Assembly: GCA_002269645.1 (NCBI GenBank)
Contig: NIVC01004354.1
Coordinates: 1-49,116 of the forward strand
DNA from: Macrostomum lignano
Lineage: Eukaryota
Length of the DNA: 49,116 nt
Direction of reading: 5' to 3'
Shown: positions 44,421 to 49,116 of the stretch, piece after piece
Layout: every line of letters begins with the position of its first letter
Numbering within the stretch: position 1 is the first letter of the stretch
The notes under the pieces: model-generated
The model's database searches: none
What the model saw: the letters and a program-made list of their open reading frames with translations, nothing else
What the model was told of the DNA's origin: nothing
Program-made: the position numbers and the translations under genes

Positions 44421-45069
44421 ATAGATCAACGAACTAGCGACCAACAACAAAGAAATGATAAGACTCAACAAGCTCTTGCAAAAAACTATTTAGTGCATAC
44501 AAAAATTGCAAAACTCAATCCGATACAGCACTGTGCAAGTGCTATACATATCTATGCATTTTATTTATCTAAACATACTTCCTTAGAAACAAAAAACTAA
44601 TGTGCTGCGAAATAGAGTCCTGGATAGAGAAAAACTTGTAGAAAAAGAGTTGTGGCACAAACTCTACATGGAAGTGGACACACAGATCTAGAAAGTTGAA
44701 ATTCCCCAAAAAATAGTATAAAAAAGACAGTTTCATTGGTCAACACAGCCACAAAACGGGGAAATTATAGGGAACTAGAACTAGAATACTAGAAGTACGA
44801 GTAGCATTTAAATTCAGATAGAATGTAGGCTGTGTTACAGGCTACTTAATCAAGTAGTCTAAACCGTGTCAAAAATGTGCTTTATAGTGCAACACTGCAA
44901 CAAAGACAACAAAAAGCTGGTTAATGATGGGGGAATATTAAGCTGCTTGACAATATTGCTAATCTGCAAGAGAATGAATGCGAGCCAGATTAATATTCAT
45001 GCATAAGCTTAGGCCAGCTTTTCAGTTAAATCCATGGTAGAGAACCTGAAAGCTCATTGCTACTCAACT

Positions 45070-45560
45070 CCTCCTCGTAGGTTGCTATGCTACCCGCCCC
45101 TCCGAAGGTTGCTACTCCATTCCCGAAGGTTGCTACTCCATTCCCGAAGGTTGCTACTCCATTCCCGAAGGTTGCTACTCCATTCCCGTAGGTTGCTACC
45201 CCCTCTCCCGTGGTTGCTACCCCCTCTCCCGTAGGTTGCCACCCCCTCTCCCGTAGGTTGCCACCCCATTCCCGTAGGTTGCTACCCCATTCCCGTAGGT
45301 TGTTTACCTCCTCTCCTGTAGGTTGCTACCCCCAATCTCGTAGGTTGCTATCACATTTCCGTAGGTTGCTAGCCCCATTCCCGTAGGTTGCTACCCCATT
45401 CCCGTAGGTTGCTACCCCCAATCTCGTAGGTTGCTATCACATTTCCGTAGGTTGCTAGCCCATTCCCGTAGGTTGCTAGCCCATTCCCGTAGGTTGCTAC
45501 CCCCAATCTCGTAGGTTGCTATCACATTTCCGTAGGTTGCTACCCCGCAGGTTACCTACC
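45070..45560. repeat. ~21-bp minisatellite (ccattcccgtaggttgctacc)
   Basis: About 22 variable copies. Confidence 0.92.
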
Positions 45561-45708
45561 TCTCCCTGACCACTGTTTGATGGAGTGCAGCTACCAACTC
45601 TAATAAAAATTTCAGCTAATTGAATTACAGATTTTCCATAAGATGCAAAGTGACTAGGGCACTAAAGACACTGATATGCTCCTTAGGCTCGCACAAGATC
45701 GATAAAAA

Positions 45709-46074
45709 CTATTTTTGTCCCTGCTTGGCCGGCGCCTTGCCAGCTTTAGCCGACATGCCAACTAGCACAGCTGGGTTGTTGCGAATCTGCTGCCGCAGGC
45801 CAACCAGCAGGCTGTCCAGCGACTCCTCCTCCGGAGCCTTGCCGGCCTCCTCCACCACAATCGGCTGGTCATCCTCATCCTCAGCCTGCTCGGCCTGGCA
45901 TTTGGCCACGGCGGCCAAGAACTGGTCACGTGACATACCACTGCTTGCTAGCCAGGATTCGGGCGTGTTCTGCTTTAACCAATCGGCATTTGATGCTAAA
46001 TTGGATTTCAATTTTCCAACTAAGTTTTCAAGCGAATCCTCGTTAGAGGCGTTGCTGTTTGAATTTGAAGCCAT
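45709..46074 (-). CDS. Uncharacterised small acidic/helical protein, 121 aa (or terminal exon)
   Basis: GC-rich non-repetitive ORF (MASNSNS...APAKQGQK) set in AT-rich flanks, with codon style like the other genes. No family recognised. Confidence 0.6.
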   Translation of the reverse strand: MASNSNSNASNEDSLENLVGKLKSNLASNADWLKQNTPESWLASSGMSRDQFLAAVAKCQAEQAEDEDDQPIVVEEAGKAPEEESLDSLLVGLRQQIRNNPAVLVGMSAKAGKAPAKQGQK

Positions 46075-46392
46075 GAATGATAAATGAATTAAAAATTCGT
46101 GCCACATTTCTAAGAAACAAAGATTATTTTAACCATTCTTTTCAGATTTGCCTATTTTTGTTCACTATCTGAATAAATTTTTGAAGTCCGCCAACGCGCG
46201 CCAAACATGACACACGGGTAAACAGCGGGAGTAACTGTGACAGTGTTGCCTCGTCAGCTAATAAGTAGTTTAATCCTGCACTGTTTATCTAATTTTCTTA
46301 AATAAACCACGAGATTTACTATAACCAACTTGCCTAAGGTGTCTACCTTATCGTATTATAAGTTTTATTAATTCAGCTAACAAGCTGCTTAC

Positions 46393-46615
46393 ACTATTGC
46401 ATAAATTTGCAGAAACTGCAGTAACTTTGCACACCTTTTCACCTTGGTCTTGCAGTCTGGCCATTATTAAAATGTTTCTCAAACTAAAACTGCCATGACA
46501 AATTGGTGGCTTCTCAATGCTGTGAAGGTGATGAAAGCTTTTGGCAATTTGATATAGCCAGAGGGATAGCATAAGCATGCTACCCTTCAACACACTGTTA
46601 CTTCTATGCGCCACC
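46393..46615 (-). pseudogene. Isolated protein-kinase-like exon (subdomains VIa-VII) lacking catalytic residues
   Basis: WLYQIAKSFHHLHSIEKPPICHGSFSLRNILI...VCKVTAVS parallels xxQIAxGMxYLH...IVHRDLAARNILV...CKIxDFG. Bounded by a candidate AG (46617-46616) and GTAAGC (46392-46387). Confidence 0.5.
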
Positions 46616-48215
46616 CTTTAAGTGTGCAACATTCCTCAGCCCTTCTGGCATACCAAGTTCTTAAAAATGTTTTTTTCATTAGGGTTTTTGGTCACAATAA
46701 TATGCATCAAATATTGTTAGAGATTAGCAATTTATTTTTTTGTTGAAAATGTATGCAATAAATAGTTATATTATATTATTGAATGTACTATGCTTAGATT
46801 AGTCTGCTACAATGTGGCAACAAAAAATTGCAAATAGGAGAATGACCCAGGCCAGGACTAAAAGCCATGACCTATAAGTTATTGACAATTGATAACTCTA
46901 AAAATATTAACCATATTACATTAAAAACTTGAAATCTCAAATAGAACATAGAACTTTTTAAGGTTTATTTATAGCAAGAAGCCAAGAAAAGACAATTAGA
47001 TAACAACCCTCTTCCTTTGATAGCAAAGAAGAAGCAATCTAGATTTTGTTAAAATTAAAACAAAATAGTCACATGAAATATCCATACAATACTATTTAGT
47101 TTTATTTCTAGTAATAAAACAAAGTTAGACTATAGAATTTTTTGTAAGACAATAATTCAAGTAGATATTTATTCACTAAGATCATATTAAAAATATAGTT
47201 ATGCCATAGTGTAACATTTTTATATAAAAATTATAGCTATTATAGTTATAAGATAACTATTGCAAACAGCTCTGCTGCTAAATATTTAATATTTATTTAT
47301 ATCCAGATGTAATCTTTTTTTAGAAATAGCAAAAATCATAACATTTAATACTTTAGCCATGGGCCACATCTAAACTCTAAGCATGAGGTTCAAAGATCAA
47401 AAAGAGCTAGAATGGTTTATATTAAAAAGTCAATTACCAAATTCAAAGGAACTTAATATAAGCAAAAGAAATTTTTCATTGTCAGGAAGCTATTATTAAA
47501 CAATATATAAGTAGGTTAATACTATTTTATTTATATAGTATTGTGCAAATAATGAGTGCCTTAATTCTATCTTGAAAAGCTAATACCAAAGTTGTATCAA
47601 TTATTAATGGTGTTGTTTTATCTTTTAAAAGTAATATCATAGCCATTGCTAAATTTGTAATAGCCTTACTTGCCCTTTGTTGAAGATATCTCACTGTCCC
47701 TAATGCCACCAAATCTGTATTATAAAATAGTTAACCTTTGACCTTAAGAAGTTGGTCTTAACATTAATGAGTATAAAGGTTGAAGTATAAATCTAAAAAT
47801 ACAGGGCCTAAGTATATGTTTAAGTATAGGGGCCTATATCTAAACACATTTGAGTAATCTTAAGTAAATATGATTCATTGATTCTTATTACTTAAATTCT
47901 TACCCTTATAAATTTAAAGTATTATAATTTATATAGCAAGGGCCTTTTAAAAATTGGGTTTTTGTGTAAAACAAAAATAAATACAAATACAAACAAGCCA
48001 TTTGATATTTATTTTGGTCAATTTGTGAATTAAAAAATTATTTCATGAAATCTCAGATAGACTTAATTTTAAAAGAAAGGGTTCCTGATTTAGTGTATAA
48101 AAATAGGCTCCTAGACTCCTACTCCTAGTCCTACGACTCCAATGTAAGATTTTGATCATTTTGTCAAAAGATATGGAGATAGGACAAAAAGGAGGAAAGA
48201 CAAGGGGCCTATTGC

Positions 48216-48960
48216 CAGTGTTGGGCACTTCCGTTACCAAGTAACTTGCAAATGGTAACGCAAGTTATTTTTTCGTAAAGCGTTCCTTATGCAAGTTACT
48301 TTTTTACTAAATTTCGGGAGTCCGTTATACAGGCCTTTTCATATTGCTTGTTCTGGTTCCAGAACCAGAACCAATTTGTGAAGTATAACTTTTTGTCTCC
48401 ATAACTAGAGGGAGATACGTGCTAAAAGTTTTTATTATTGAATGAAAATCGCCAAGAAGAAAGTGAAAAATTGTGCCAAATTAGGTTGTTAAGGCAGTCA
48501 AAATATTAACAGAGTTTAATGGTTATACTGCTGTTTTTCTTGGAATTCCGAACCGATTCTGGTTCTGGAATTGGTAATATGAAGGCCACAGTGAGCCTCT
48601 TCATATCGCCGGTTCGAAAAACGGAACCAGTTCCGAACCGGTTCGACGCTCTTCATATTGATGGTTCGAAAAACAGAATCAGTTCCGGAACATGGTTCTG
48701 GTTCTAGAATATGGTTCGAGAAATTTTCTCGAACCGTTGTCATGTTTACACTTTAAAAGTAAAATATATTTGAAATCGTCAATTTTTATTATTGTTATAT
48801 AATTATTCCTTTTTTGTCATATCCAAGAGGAAACAAAGTCAAAAAACGACAAAATTAAATTGTAAATACTGTCAAACATAAAATGGGTTCGAAGCTCCTC
48901 ATTTCACACTGGTTCTGGTTCTAGAACTCGAATTTATTCTGGTTCTAGAACCGATTGCCG
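48216..48960. mobile_element. hAT-like non-autonomous DNA transposon sequence(s) with clustered subterminal motifs
   Basis: CAGTGTTGGG terminus at 48216 followed by GTTAC/GTAAC repeats, then many GGTTC/GAACC motifs in both orientations (48345-48955). No matching right TIR seen. Confidence 0.5.
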
Positions 48961-49116
48961 TGAAGAGGCTCAGTGTTACTTTGCAACAATTGCAATATTT
49001 AAATTTAAAACTAAAATGCTTAGCTAGTACGCCGGTTGTCACATATTTTTGCATTTTTCATTCCTAAATTTAAAATTAAGTGAATAGTATCATATGGTAT
49101 TGCGCTTAATTAATGA

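Noticed and set aside
46620-48130. NUMT or endosymbiont insertion
   Set aside because: I could not recognise any mitochondrial or bacterial protein, rRNA or tRNA motif. It remains only an alternative for the CpG-free block.

Overview
Eukaryotic (invertebrate animal) genomic DNA, not prokaryotic. It shows spliceosomal introns, GC-rich exons in an AT-richer background, an innexin and very dense mini/microsatellites. The style fits a flatworm such as Macrostomum (inference, no search run). Supported genes: a spliced calmodulin-like gene with a GC-AG intron (-), an intronless innexin (-), an intronless orphan class-A GPCR (-), an 8-exon synaptotagmin-15-like gene (+), an intronless cadherin-like single-pass membrane protein ending in a PDZ-binding motif (-), a 2-exon GPR19-like GPCR (+) and a small orphan ORF (-). 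There is also a frameshifted gene fragment at the window start and an isolated kinase-like exon. The rest is about 25 distinct tandem arrays, a full-length CORE-type SINE with a 12-bp TSD, and decayed Ty3/Gypsy, LINE, IS630-Tc1-mariner and hAT remnants. Most long ORFs in the supplied track are repeat artefacts. No CRISPR, rRNA or intact tRNA was found. I found no clear-cut new multi-gene system. Best leads: introns filled by arrays that start at the splice donor, the cadherin-like PDZ receptor, a 1.5-kb CpG-free block, and two related minisatellites flanking a Gypsy remnant. Exon coordinates were derived by hand; repeat boundaries are approximate.
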